From an uncultured Rubripirellula sp. (GTDB lineage: Bacteria; Planctomycetota; Planctomycetia; Pirellulales; Pirellulaceae): DNA of 64,000 bases. The translations under genes and the position numbers were made by a program. Location: positions 180,039 to 244,038 of the forward strand of contig CALJHC010000026.1 of NCBI GenBank assembly GCA_938075415.1, in the 5' to 3' direction. The notes beneath the pieces are model-generated. The model was not told where the DNA came from. It saw only the letters and a program-made list of their open reading frames with translations, and made no database searches. Every line of letters starts with the position of its first letter. The first letter of the stretch is position 1. Shown here piece after piece: positions 1 to 10,681 of the stretch.

Positions 1-3000
1 TCTTCTAGGCTTGATTTTTCTCGTTGCACTACATCCTCGGGGGCGCGAGCAACAAAGTTTTCGTTGCTGAGTTTTTGCTCTTTGCCACCAATCTGTTTCG
101 CGATCTGACCCAGTAACTTCTCAAGACGCGCAAGTTCCGCTTTCACGTCAATGAATTTCTCGAGATCAACGTGAACTTCGATTTCCATTGCAGGGATTCC
201 CAGCGGGGCATCCGTCTCGAAGGCCTCGGCTTGGGGTCCCAAGGTGGTGACTTCCGCTTGCGCGAGTCCCAAGAAGTAGGCTTTCATGGGTTCGAGCAAT
301 TTCTTGGATGATTCCGTGCAACGAATCGCTACGGGTACAGTTTCTCGGGGTGCGATATTTTGGCTGGCGCGAATACGACGTATTGCACCGACCACTTCCT
401 GAAACTCGGCAAACTGGCGTTCGATACCTTCATCGAAGTGTGACTGATCAGCTGTTGGCCAAGGAGCTCGCATCGCAAATGTGGACGCCTCTTGGGGTGC
501 GGGAAGTCCGCGTTGGGGGGCCACCAAGTTCAAGTGTTCCCAAATCACTTCGGTCACAAATGGCATGGTCGGGTGCAGAAGTTTCAAGAGGGTGTCGAGA
601 CCATGAGCCATGACTGATTGTGTCGTCGCTCGTTGGGCTGGGTCCGCCAAACGGGGTTTGGCAATCTCTAAGTAGAAGCTGCAAAACTCATCCCAGGCAA
701 AGTCGTATAGCAGGCGTGAGGATTCCGCAAAACGGTATTGCTGCAATCCCTCACTCACTTGGCGCGTGATCGTTGCAAGTCGGCTCAAGAGCCAGCGGTC
801 CTCAACGGGCAGAGATTCGAGGTTGATCGCTTGTGGTTCGTATCCGTCCATGTTCATCATGGCGAAGCGTGCAGCGTTCCAAAGCTTGTTGACAAAATTC
901 CGCGCCGTTTCAAATCGTTCGCTGACGACGGCGCCCTTGGGCAACGCCTTGTCCACATCGCTCTCAGCCCATTGTGTGGAGAATGCTTGCTTGCATCCTG
1001 GACAGTCAATGGTGGGTTGCGAACGATTTTTCTTCGTCTGATCGATCAATTTTTCGCAGTGCGGGCACTCGTATTGAACGGGCATGCGAACATCCTGCGT
1101 GTCGGTTGAGAGACGCGCAAGGCCGAAACGTAATGCATCAGGCCCAAATTTATCGATCACATCAATCGGATCAACACCGTTGCCCTTGCTCTTGCTCATC
1201 GTCTCACCCTGACCGTCCAAGATCTTTGGATGGATGAAGACTTCGCGAAATGGAATTTTGCCAACGTTGTTTAGGCCCATCAGCACCATTCTCGCGACCC
1301 ATAAGGTGATGATATCCCGAGAGGTGATCAGTGTGCTGGTGGGGTAAAAGTAATCAAGTTCTTGTGTCTTTTCTGGCCAGCCCAGTGTGCTGTGCGGCCA
1401 AAGTGCTGAGGAAAACCATGTGTCCAAGACATCCGGGTCTCGCGTCAATCCAAGTGACTCGAGGCTGGATTCTCGTTCATCACCCTCCTGCCTAAGGCAG
1501 ACGAAGATTCCTTGGGATCCATCGTCAAACTGATCGATTCGATAGCTGATCGCTTCCGGTGATTGAGCAATCATTGAATCAAGTTGGCTGGCAATTTCGG
1601 TGACGTTTGTTTGATTTAAGCCTGTGAGTGACCAAACAGGAATTCGATGTCCCCACCAGAGTTGCCGACTCACTGGCCAGTCACGTTTTTCACTCAACCA
1701 GTCCAAGTAGCCTTTTCGATAACGTTCTGGATAGATTTGTACGCTTTGATCGGTAACGGCATCCATGGCGGATTGGGCGAGTTCGTCCATGGCAACGAAC
1801 CATTGATCTGCAAGGTAGGGTTCGATGGGTGTTTTACTGCGATCACTTAGTGGCAATTCAATTTCGCGATCTTCAACATCACCCAAAAGGTCAATCGCTT
1901 TGAGATCTGCGACCACACGTTTGCGAGCCTGCGGGATGGTGCAACCTTCATAGGGGCCACCCTCTTGATTGACGGTTCCATCAGGATTCAAGATGTTAAT
2001 CATCGGTAACCCGGCACGTTGCCCAACTTCATAATCGTTTGGATCGTGGGCAGGCGTGATTTTTACGCATCCACTACCCAGTTCGGGTTTCGCCCATTGG
2101 TCCGCAATTAATGGGATTTCACGATCGGTCAGTGGAAGTCGCAATCTACGCCCATCGAGTGCCATCTCCCGTAACTGAATCAACGAATCGAGCATGGTCT
2201 GGCGCCGTTGAATTAATTTTTCAAGTTGCTCCTCAATTTCTTTCCGTTCATTCTCACCGGATTCTTTCAGTCGATCCTTGAGTCCGTCCTCGATCGCATC
2301 GAGTGCACCCTTGGGGTCCGGGTGAACGGCGACTGCGGTGTCACCAAGCATGGTTTCGGGACGAGTGGTTGCAATCTCGACTCGCTCGGGTTCTCCGGGT
2401 TTCGGGTCAACAACCGGATAATAAAGGTGCCAGAAATGACCTTTCTTGGAGGTGTTTTTGACTTCATCATTGCTGACAGCGGTCTGCAGGAACGTGTCCC
2501 AATTGACCAGTCGCTTACCGCGATAGATTTGCTTTTTGGCAAACAAGTCAAAGAAGGTGGCGCGGACTGCCGCAGCACATTGGTCATCGAGTGTGAATCG
2601 GGTGCGTTCCCAGTCGCAACTGCAACCCATGCGTTTCAACTGGCCAAGAATGCGGGTTTCGTACTGCGCCTTCCATTTCCAGATGCGGTCGACCAGTCCC
2701 TCACGACCGATGTCATGTCGAGAGAGATTTTCTTGCTCCTTCAGGCGTCGCTCAACCACAGCTTGGGTGGCGATTCCGGCGTGATCAGTTCCCGGCATCC
2801 AAAGGGTTTCACGTCCCATCATTCGGTTCATGCGAACCATGATGTCTTGCAACGTATTATTCAGCCCGTGTCCAAGGTGAAGTGCCCCGGTAACGTTTGG
2901 GGGAGGGATCACCACGCAGTAGGGGTCACGATCCCGGTTGACCTCAGCGTGACCACACTGATTGTCATCCCATGCTTGAGAAATTCGAGTGGCTTCGGCG

Positions 3001-3033
3001 GCATGATCAAATCGATCCGGCAATTGATTCATC
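1..3033 (-). CDS. valS: valyl-tRNA synthetase, partial (C-terminal end runs off the window start)
   Basis: Minus-strand translation starting at the ATG whose complement is at 3031-3033 gives a class-I aaRS. It has the PPNVTGALHLGH (HIGH-type) motif, the ETMSKSKGN (KMSKS) motif, and the ValRS-type C-terminal coiled-coil tail (KLSNENFVARAPEDVV). The + strand ORFs in the track between 308 and 3050 are antisense artefacts. Confidence 0.9.
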
Positions 3034-3100
3034 GGTATCAGATTATGTAGAAGAGGGTGTTGAGGGGGAAGGTGGACGGCGGAGATGATTTGGAGAAGAA

Positions 3101-4693
3101 TCATCCACCGAGTGGCATTTCCTCTTTGTGAAGCTTGTACTCGACGGCATCAACTAATGCTCGCCAGCTCGCGCTGATGATGTTTTCGCTGACTCCGATG
3201 GTGCCCCAAGATTCTTCTTGGTCACCGCTTTCAATATTGACTCGAATTGAGGCGGCGGTGCCGGCACCTGAATCCACGACACGAACCTTGTAGTCCAGTA
3301 AACGCATCTCGGCTAGGCATGGGTAGGTGTCGGCTAGTGCTTTTCGAAGTGCGGCATCGAGGGCATTGACCGGTCCCTGGCCTTCGGCCGCATCAAACCA
3401 CAGTGTCTCACCCACTTTTAATTTGATGATTGCCTCAGCGAATTCATTTTGTTTGGCGGGGTCACGATCACCAGAAACAATTCGGTACTTGATTGTTTCG
3501 AAGTGGGGCTGGAAGGTTCCAGCGATTCGTTTGACCAGCAAATCGAACGAAGCTCCGGCATTTTCGAACTGGTATCCTTGGTTTTCCAGCGTCACCACCT
3601 CCGCCAAGATCTTGTCCATTAACTCGCGGTCATCCTGCAGATTGTGTTTGGTGGCCAACGCGACGATGTTGCTACGGCCAGACAATTCGCTAACCAGAAT
3701 TCGGCGTTCGTTACCCACCAGAGACGGGTCAATATGTTCGTAGGTCTTCGCCGCCTTGTTAATAGCGTGAACGTGCATGCCACCTTTGTGAGCGAATGCG
3801 CTTTGACCCACAAACGGTTGGCCATTTTGCCACTGCAGATTGGCTGTTTCGTAGACGTACCGGCTGAGTTCCGTGAGCGGTGTCAGGGCTCTGCCTTGCA
3901 GGACATCAAACCCTTTCTTTTTCAGGCCAAGGTTTGCGATGACTGAAATCAAATCAGCATTGCCGCATCGTTCACCAATCCCATTGATTGTGCCTTGTAC
4001 TTGCAAGACACCGGCATCGACTGCCGCAAGTGAGTTTGCTACTGCCATCGAGCCGTCGTTGTGTGTGTGGATTCCAAATTCAACCTTGCAATCCTTGAGT
4101 GCTTCCTTCGCCGCGGTAGTGACCTCCGCTACTCGCTCGGGAAGAGCCCCGCCATTGGTGTCACACAACACCAGCCATTTGGCACCACCGCTTGCGGCAG
4201 CCTTCAGCGTATCGATGGCATATTGTGGATTGGCGGTGTACCCGTCAAAAAAATGTTCCGCATCATAAATCAGTTCGGAGTGGCCGCTCAGGAACTCCGC
4301 ACTTTCCCCAATCATTTGGAGATTTTCTTCGAGGGAAACTCTCAGGACTTCGGTCGCATGATAATCCCACGTCTTGCCCACAAGCGTTATGCATGGTGTT
4401 CGTGCTGCAACCAATGCCTGCATTCCTGGATCGTCTTTGGCGTCCATTGATTTACGCCGAGTCATTCCAAAGGCGCAGACCTTTGTGTGACCAAGATCTC
4501 GTTCTCGAATTTGTTCAAAGAATGAGACATCTTTTTCGTTCGACAACGGATAGCCGCCCTCGATGAAATCGATTCCTGTTTCCGCGAGTCGCGATGCAAT
4601 GTTGAGTTTGTCTTGCAGGGAAAAACTGACCCCCTCGCCCTGCGAGCCGTCACGGAGCGTGGTGTCGTAGATGAGGATGGGTTGATTGGTCAT
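3101..4693 (-). CDS. cimA: (R)-citramalate synthase / 2-isopropylmalate synthase family protein (CimA-like short form with LeuA-type C-terminal regulatory domain)
   Basis: 530-aa ORF. The N-terminus IYDTTLRDGSQGEGVSF...IEGGYPLSNEKD matches the DRE-TIM HMGL-like fold of LeuA/CimA. It is closer to the CimA signature (YDTTLRDG-SQ-E, EGGWPGSNPKD) than to LeuA (DTTLRDGEQ). HxH metal site HTHNDGSMAVANS is present. Family call confident; cimA vs leuA is less certain. Confidence 0.75.
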   Translation of the reverse strand: MTNQPILIYDTTLRDGSQGEGVSFSLQDKLNIASRLAETGIDFIEGGYPLSNEKDVSFFEQIRERDLGHTKVCAFGMTRRKSMDAKDDPGMQALVAARTPCITLVGKTWDYHATEVLRVSLEENLQMIGESAEFLSGHSELIYDAEHFFDGYTANPQYAIDTLKAAASGGAKWLVLCDTNGGALPERVAEVTTAAKEALKDCKVEFGIHTHNDGSMAVANSLAAVDAGVLQVQGTINGIGERCGNADLISVIANLGLKKKGFDVLQGRALTPLTELSRYVYETANLQWQNGQPFVGQSAFAHKGGMHVHAINKAAKTYEHIDPSLVGNERRILVSELSGRSNIVALATKHNLQDDRELMDKILAEVVTLENQGYQFENAGASFDLLVKRIAGTFQPHFETIKYRIVSGDRDPAKQNEFAEAIIKLKVGETLWFDAAEGQGPVNALDAALRKALADTYPCLAEMRLLDYKVRVVDSGAGTAASIRVNIESGDQEESWGTIGVSENIISASWRALVDAVEYKLHKEEMPLGG

Positions 4694-4831
4694 CTTTTCG
4701 AACTAGTTCGAGTGAAGCATCATGATCCTGTCATTGAGGTCGCCATCATTCGGAGAGCCTTCAATGTCACAACGAAGTCAACGTAATTTTGGCCAGGATC
4801 GTAAAGGTGGAAACGGATTAGGTATGGAAAC

Positions 4832-4865
4832 AAAAAAACCCCCGAACCATGTTAGGCCTCGGGGG
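4832..4865 (-). terminator. Intrinsic-terminator-like hairpin plus U7 on the minus strand, lying inside the 5' leader of the cimA-like gene (possible attenuator)
   Basis: The + strand reads aaaaaaa-CCCCCGA-accatgttaggcc-TCGGGGG. On the minus strand this is a 7-bp GC-rich stem followed directly by UUUUUUU. It lies about 140 nt upstream of the cimA-like start codon. No minus-strand gene lies upstream that it could terminate. Confidence 0.5.
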
Positions 4866-5568
4866 TGAATGGAAGCTTTAAGTCCCGAAATGATTTCAAC
4901 GGGATGGTCATTCCCGCGAATTGCTCTCACCCGTCTCAGCCATTGTTAATCGGGCGGATGCTGGTGTGAATGATCATTTTAATCATCGGGTCGGCCATGT
5001 GAATTTTTTCTCACTTTTCGTATCGCATTAGGATGACTGCATCGTCTCATGCTGTCAATCGCGAGTTGAGTTCTCCTGACATGTCGGTTACGGGCCGATT
5101 CTGAATCATTCGGCTCACTCGGGATGGTTGTCTCATGAGGAACCGTGTTTCAGTACTTGGCGTGGATCGGTCCGGTTTTTCACCGATGGGGTCATCCGAG
5201 CGAGGAGTGGTTCTTGCGAGTCCTTCTCAGTCAATCCCTCTGTCCGCTCGGTGATTCTTGAGCTTTGATGCGGGATCTCTTGTTCAGGGAATCGATGGCC
5301 TCTTGTTCAGATCGACTTGATTCAGCCCACTCGCCAGTGCGTCAAACTTGAATTTATCAGTGCGGCAAAATTAAATTCATCGCGACAATCGTTACAGACT
5401 GGTCAGGTAAAGGGTGGGCGTTGATTTTTCGCAACGAATCACGTTGCCTTTTTACAACAGATAAGGCAGCGGCGTGGTAGTGTTGCCAGGTCAAAGTCTC
5501 TTTAATCGGAAACCTTTCGCTAGCCGCATGTCTTTGTCTCGCGGTGCGGAAAGCAATCAGCGTGTCTT

Positions 5569-8403
5569 ATGTCTGCAATATCCCCATCGCACCAAAGATC
5601 CCGGTCAGTCAACCGCTTGCGGGCGCTGAGTAGCATCGTTGTTGTTTTGATCGCGTGTATATGTGGAGTAGGTTGTAATCAACTGCGATTGCCCGCAATT
5701 GATTCCACCGGCGCCGGGCTCTTTGCTCCGAAGCCCTACACAACAACTCTTGCCGTTCCTGGTTTCGGTAGCGATTCATGCGGTATCAAGAGTCATTTTA
5801 AGAATCATTTTGCAGGTCTTGGGTTTGGTGATGGTGATTGCAAATTTCCATCGCCGGTATTTAAGGAACCTGATGCACCCCTGCCATGTCCGCCAGAGGA
5901 GAACGCTCTCGCTGCTGCGCCGACCACTCTCGTTGCGACTGATTTGGCTGACGCGTCTTGTCAGGATGGACCACCCGCGGTGCTTTATGGAGATCAGTGC
6001 ATTCATCAAGGCTGCCGATTGCCCAGTCGGGGCAATCGCGGTTGCATCCTACTTACCCCGAGCAAGATCGTCGCTCCGGTGGGCGGTGAGGTTGTCTTGT
6101 TGTCCGGAATCTGCGGCACTGACGGCTATCTGCAAATGAACGAGAAGCTGGAGTGGATGCTGACACCAGACAGTGTGGGAACTTTTATCGAAGTAGGAGA
6201 TGATTCTCCCGGGATGCTCACTAAGCTTGTCGGATCAAAAGACCGGCCGGGTAAGGAAGATCCTTCCTATGCCATCGGAATGACCAGTACAAAACGAATG
6301 TTGATCACGCGAGGGAATCATGACACGCGCGATGATGTCCAGCTTGAAAAAGGGCAAACCTGGATCACGTTGAGCAGCCCGAGTGAGGGAACGAGCCACG
6401 TGACGGTTCTTGCTCCGGAAAGTGAGTGCTGGGATCAGAGAAAAGCGACGGCTACGATCTATTGGGTTGATGCAAGGTGGCAATTCCCCAATGCTCAGCT
6501 TGTCAAAGAGGGACAGGCTGTTGTTCTCTCCACGCGTGTCACGCGTTCGGAGGGCGGTTTGCCAGCTAGAGGATGGACGGTGCGATACGAGGTCTTGCAG
6601 CCTGAGTTAGCCTCATTTGCGGGAACTGATGACGCAACCGTTACGGAGGTAGAGGTTGATTCATCCGGGAATGCGGCAGTGCAATTGGTTCCAAAGTCGG
6701 GAACCAGCGGCGTTGCGCCCGTTTCCATTCAAATCATCCGTCCGGGTGGAATGAGTGACAATATTCCGAGTGTCACTCTGGGGCGAGGTCAGACTTTTGT
6801 CACATGGAGCGCGCCGCAATTAAAGTTGAGGGCAGGTGCACCACCGATTGCAACCTTTGATTCGCCATTTCAAGCCATTGCCAACTTGGCCAATCCTGGT
6901 GACCAGCCAGCTCGAAACGTCAGGGTCGATGTTCAATTACCACCCGGGACAAGGGTTGTTGGGAGTGATGCCTTCGCAAGGGTTCTTCCCAATGCGGTGA
7001 CCTGGGATATCGGTACTTTGCCCGCGCAGCAGCAGTTGGATTTATTTGTGGATGTCGTGGCTCAATCACCAGTTGATCTGGTTTTCCAGGCGCGTGGTGA
7101 CGGACTGGTGACCGAGGAAAAGCTTCGCATCGATGTCTTTCGACCAGCACTCTCGGTGCGTGTGCAACCGGTTCAGCAGCGAGTGGAGTCGGGTCAGCCG
7201 GTGAAGTTTGACATCGACGTGATCAACACGGGTGATCGTCCACTCCGGAATGTTCAGTTACTAGCTTCGGGAGATTCGGGGGTAATCCATCGAAGTGGGA
7301 ATGCTGCGGTGACCAATACGAAAGCCAATGGACCACTTCAGCCCGGTGAAACATGGGCTGCGCAAGTGGAGTTTATTCCGGTTCAGGCCGGGCAACGCTG
7401 TTTAAACGTTCAAGCATCCGCTGATGGCGGGCAGAGGGTAGCACAGGAAAGCTGCGTGACGGTGATCAATCCGGTTCCGCGAGCGCCTGATTTATCCATC
7501 AAGTTAGAGGGGCCGAGAGAAAGGGTCATGGGTCAGGATGCTCTGATTCGGGCAACCTTGGTCAACCAAGGGAATGTGGTGGCTAGTCAGGTTCGCGTGG
7601 TGATGTCATTTCCTGATCAATTGCAATTGAAGCAAGCGACGCAGGGTGCCGACCAATCCTTGTTGCAGCAGCGGCAGGTCGCTTGGAATCTTTTGCGAGT
7701 TGATCCCGGGAAAGAGGTGGTTTTCGAAGGGCAGTTTGAAGCTGCGTTTCCAGTTAATCAAGCTGAGGTGACGTTGCAAGTGCTTACGGATACCGGAGCA
7801 GTGTCTGAGGATTCGTTAGCTGTAACGATCTTGCCGCAGTCCGGTGGCGGAACTCGTCCGAGTGGTGGAAATCTGAACGGTTCTGGAACTGAGGCGAGCG
7901 GGTCATCGGCGGATCTAGCTGTCCCACTGCAAGGCGATCCTACCGCGTCTGTCAATGATCCTGCCGCGTCTGTCAATGATCCTGCCGAGCCAAATGATCC
8001 TGTCCTTCCCGTCGAGCAAGCTTCCAGATCAGGGGACTTGAAGGTCTCTCTGTTGGGACGGGATAATCCGGCAAGTGTCGAAAGTCTGATTCGTTATCAG
8101 TTGCGGATTGTCAACGATTCCAACGAACGCGATGGGGATCTTGCTATTGAATTCAAGCTTCCTTCCGGCGTCAGATTGGAGAGGGTGAGCCGTTCGACCA
8201 ATCCGGATGTGGGTGAGTTTCAGATTGGTCCCGGTGCGGTGGCGATTGCCCGTGTTCCGTCAATCGAACCAGGAGAAAAAATTGACTACGAGTTGGTGAT
8301 GGTTAGCAACCAACCGCAAACTTTTGAACTCAAAGTCGAGGTGAGAAGTGTTCGCGTGAGACAGGGTGTTGTCAAAACAGTCGAAACCACTGTTGTGCCT
8401 TAG
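5569..8403 (+). CDS. Large secreted/lipoprotein-like repeat protein with multiple DUF11-type (conserved repeat domain) beta-sandwich repeats
   Basis: 944-aa ORF. N-terminal hydrophobic segment with LIACICGVGC (lipobox-like). Repeated about 100-aa modules with recurring V-x-N-x-G motifs (TLVNQGNV, IVNDSNERDG, DVINTGDRPL) typical of DUF11 repeats. An in-frame 21-bp tandem repeat lies at 7928-7990. Confidence 0.7.
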   Translation: MSAISPSHQRSRSVNRLRALSSIVVVLIACICGVGCNQLRLPAIDSTGAGLFAPKPYTTTLAVPGFGSDSCGIKSHFKNHFAGLGFGDGDCKFPSPVFKEPDAPLPCPPEENALAAAPTTLVATDLADASCQDGPPAVLYGDQCIHQGCRLPSRGNRGCILLTPSKIVAPVGGEVVLLSGICGTDGYLQMNEKLEWMLTPDSVGTFIEVGDDSPGMLTKLVGSKDRPGKEDPSYAIGMTSTKRMLITRGNHDTRDDVQLEKGQTWITLSSPSEGTSHVTVLAPESECWDQRKATATIYWVDARWQFPNAQLVKEGQAVVLSTRVTRSEGGLPARGWTVRYEVLQPELASFAGTDDATVTEVEVDSSGNAAVQLVPKSGTSGVAPVSIQIIRPGGMSDNIPSVTLGRGQTFVTWSAPQLKLRAGAPPIATFDSPFQAIANLANPGDQPARNVRVDVQLPPGTRVVGSDAFARVLPNAVTWDIGTLPAQQQLDLFVDVVAQSPVDLVFQARGDGLVTEEKLRIDVFRPALSVRVQPVQQRVESGQPVKFDIDVINTGDRPLRNVQLLASGDSGVIHRSGNAAVTNTKANGPLQPGETWAAQVEFIPVQAGQRCLNVQASADGGQRVAQESCVTVINPVPRAPDLSIKLEGPRERVMGQDALIRATLVNQGNVVASQVRVVMSFPDQLQLKQATQGADQSLLQQRQVAWNLLRVDPGKEVVFEGQFEAAFPVNQAEVTLQVLTDTGAVSEDSLAVTILPQSGGGTRPSGGNLNGSGTEASGSSADLAVPLQGDPTASVNDPAASVNDPAEPNDPVLPVEQASRSGDLKVSLLGRDNPASVESLIRYQLRIVNDSNERDGDLAIEFKLPSGVRLERVSRSTNPDVGEFQIGPGAVAIARVPSIEPGEKIDYELVMVSNQPQTFELKVEVRSVRVRQGVVKTVETTVVP

Positions 8404-8472
8404 TGTCGAAAATTCTGTTTTCTCCTGCCCGCAGTTGCATGCTCTGGAAATTCTTTCCCACGCCAGCGAGTT

Positions 8473-9204
8473 CTATTTGAGGCGTTCGGCGATTGCTGCG
8501 TGACCAGCGTTTCTCGCATGGTCCATCGCTGTTTCCTGATCCTGATCCTTGACAGATGGGTCAGCATTATTCTCGAGCAGTACCTCCACCACCTCAGGTT
8601 CACCTAGTCCCGCGGCCATCATGAGTGGTGTGAAGCCTTCAGTGGTATCAATTGCATTCACATCCGCGCCCGCTTTGATCAGCGCCTTCACTGCCTCGGC
8701 AAACGGGCCAGTGCAAGCGTGAATTAACGGTGTCTTGCCTTGAGAGTCACGGCAGTCAACCACCGCTCCTTGGCTGATTAGGTAGGTAACGGTTTCAGTG
8801 TGCCCGTTGTAGGCTGCCATGTGAAGCGCTGTCAGTTTTTGTCCTGGGTCAATTCCGTTGATGTCCATACCTGATTCGACTGCGGATTTTACTTTGTCCA
8901 AAGATCCCTCGTACGCAGCAAGTCGAAACGCCTCGCCACTAATCTGAGGCTTGGATACTGTTGGTTCGGATTCGGGAGATTCACTATTTGGTTGATTGTT
9001 GGGCGATTGATTTTCCTCCGAATCTTGCGACTCTGATTTTTCTGGTTGATCGTTTGTATTCTCAGTGGTTTCTGATTCATTTCCCTGTGTGTTTGTGACT
9101 GCAGAAGAATCAGGTTCGTTCCCCAGATCCGTTGACGGCTCGGTGCAGCCTTGGACGAGCAGAGGGACCAACAGCGCGAGTGTTAAAAGAGTGCGGTGAA
9201 GCAT
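8473..9204 (-). CDS. Ankyrin-repeat lipoprotein with acidic low-complexity linker
   Basis: Start chosen at MLHRTLLTLALLVPLLVQGC (signal peptide plus lipobox VQGC; ATG complement at 9202-9204). An S/E/N/Q/P-rich linker follows. The C-terminus carries at least 3 ankyrin repeats (TALHMAAYNGHTETVTYLISQGAVVD..., TPLMMAAGLGEPEVVEVLLENNADP...). Confidence 0.7.
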   Translation of the reverse strand: MLHRTLLTLALLVPLLVQGCTEPSTDLGNEPDSSAVTNTQGNESETTENTNDQPEKSESQDSEENQSPNNQPNSESPESEPTVSKPQISGEAFRLAAYEGSLDKVKSAVESGMDINGIDPGQKLTALHMAAYNGHTETVTYLISQGAVVDCRDSQGKTPLIHACTGPFAEAVKALIKAGADVNAIDTTEGFTPLMMAAGLGEPEVVEVLLENNADPSVKDQDQETAMDHARNAGHAAIAERLK

Positions 9205-9574
9205 GTTTATCTGTTCACGTGAGATGGAGTGGGGGGGGATTCTGTATCGCTTGGTGCGGAAACCTGACAGATCAATCTTGAGCAGCTTGGAAGTGAGAAG
9301 TCCGAAAAGGGGAACGGTAAAAATGAGCACGCCCCTCTTTTTAATCACTGGTTTTTGCTCACTGGTAACGCGACCTTCAGGAGATCAGGATCAACTTTCA
9401 TCACTGTGAAGGTCTTGATCCACACGAACTCTTGAGATGTCATGAGGCGGGTTTGCTGAAATTCCCTGTCCAATGTAGGCGTTGGACGATCTTCTGCACA
9501 TGTTCGAGCGAGCCAATCACAAACTTAAGCAGGATTTTTTCTGACACTCACTCTCTGAACCACACTTTTCGAGG

Positions 9575-10681
9575 TTATGGAGCAATCGAGACGATGATGG
9601 TTTTCTCCTGCCAGATCACACGAACGCCGACTTGTCGAGCAATGGAGTCAACGAAGCTTTTCAGGGTCCTGTTTTCGCCTTGCAGCGTGACCATTTGTTT
9701 GCAGGCCGCAGCAGCGTCTTGACGTATCAGACATTCTCGTCCAGCGGTTTGTGCAAATTGCCTGAACGCGTTTTCAGCAGATGTCGTCATCTTTTTCAGG
9801 GTGAACGTGTCGCGGTTGGGGTCTGCTCCGCTCTTGCCCACGCCCGTTGAGAGAAGTAGGTCAATCAGCTTCCGGTGCTCGCCAGTCGTTGCCTCAACGA
9901 TGATACCACGAGTCGAAGATGAGACTCGGCTTTTGGGTGAGGCTGTTTGAAATTTTCGGACAACGTCCGTGGTAGTCTTTGTCTTGAGTTCGTAGGGTCG
10001 CGAAATCATCGCTGCAGGCGATTCTTGACCTGAGGATTCTTGACCCAGGGGGGCATGGTTTGTCGCCGCTAACTCCGCGTCGATGAATTGGGAGCGAATC
10101 AGTTTCTCGGCGATGTTGCGATGGATTTTCGTCAATTTGACCTCGGGCCAGTGGTCATGAGGCATTTTTGTAACACTGCTGTTGGATGCAACTGAAACCA
10201 TCTTCAATGCTTCGGTTGGTGTGGTGAGTTGATCCCAGTCGATGTTAATCACGGGTCCCTTTTTGCTGGATGGCGTGGACATGATTCTCAGCGTGACTTC
10301 GTCAACCCAATTGGCTCGGCCGACCAGCACAACGTTTGCGATCGGCATCACCACGCAGTTCTGAGTGGCGGCTACTTGCTTCAGGGCCATGTAAAGCGTC
10401 GGACCCAGTGTGCCCGCTTGGATAACTTGCGAAGGATCCGTATTACGGTCCAGCCAAAGATTTAGTTGGCCGATGGATGTTAGACGCTCAAGTGCCGTTC
10501 GAAAATCTTGCCCATCGAGCACGGAAGTGTTGGATAGGCTGAGTCGTTGAATCATGGGATCGCTCTCGCTAAAACGATCTGCGGCGAGGGATCTTGTTTG
10601 CAAGATTCCGAGGGTCAGCAACACAAGAAACGTGGTTGCGGATGGAATCAATCGCTGGCGGGCGACCACTTGATCAGTCAT
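9575..10681 (-). CDS. Hypothetical secreted protein
   Basis: Long minus-strand ORF. Internal start MTDQVVARQRLIPSATTFLVLLTLGILQTRSLAA gives a plausible signal peptide (ATG complement at 10679-10681). No recognisable domain. The ORF track extends it to 10729. Confidence 0.5.
   Translation of the reverse strand: MTDQVVARQRLIPSATTFLVLLTLGILQTRSLAADRFSESDPMIQRLSLSNTSVLDGQDFRTALERLTSIGQLNLWLDRNTDPSQVIQAGTLGPTLYMALKQVAATQNCVVMPIANVVLVGRANWVDEVTLRIMSTPSSKKGPVINIDWDQLTTPTEALKMVSVASNSSVTKMPHDHWPEVKLTKIHRNIAEKLIRSQFIDAELAATNHAPLGQESSGQESPAAMISRPYELKTKTTTDVVRKFQTASPKSRVSSSTRGIIVEATTGEHRKLIDLLLSTGVGKSGADPNRDTFTLKKMTTSAENAFRQFAQTAGRECLIRQDAAAACKQMVTLQGENRTLKSFVDSIARQVGVRVIWQEKTIIVSIAP

Noticed and set aside
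308-3050. Multiple + strand ORFs (for example 738-1109, 2226-3050)
   Set aside because: They lie antisense to a continuous, motif-confirmed valS reading frame on the minus strand. Their translations are low-complexity and have no motifs.
4694-5100. T-box riboswitch or Leu/Ile leader peptide in the cimA-like leader
   Set aside because: I could not find the T-box consensus (AAUUAGGGUGGNACCGCG-like) or a short Ile/Leu-rich ORF by eye. I kept only the terminator-like hairpin as an observation.
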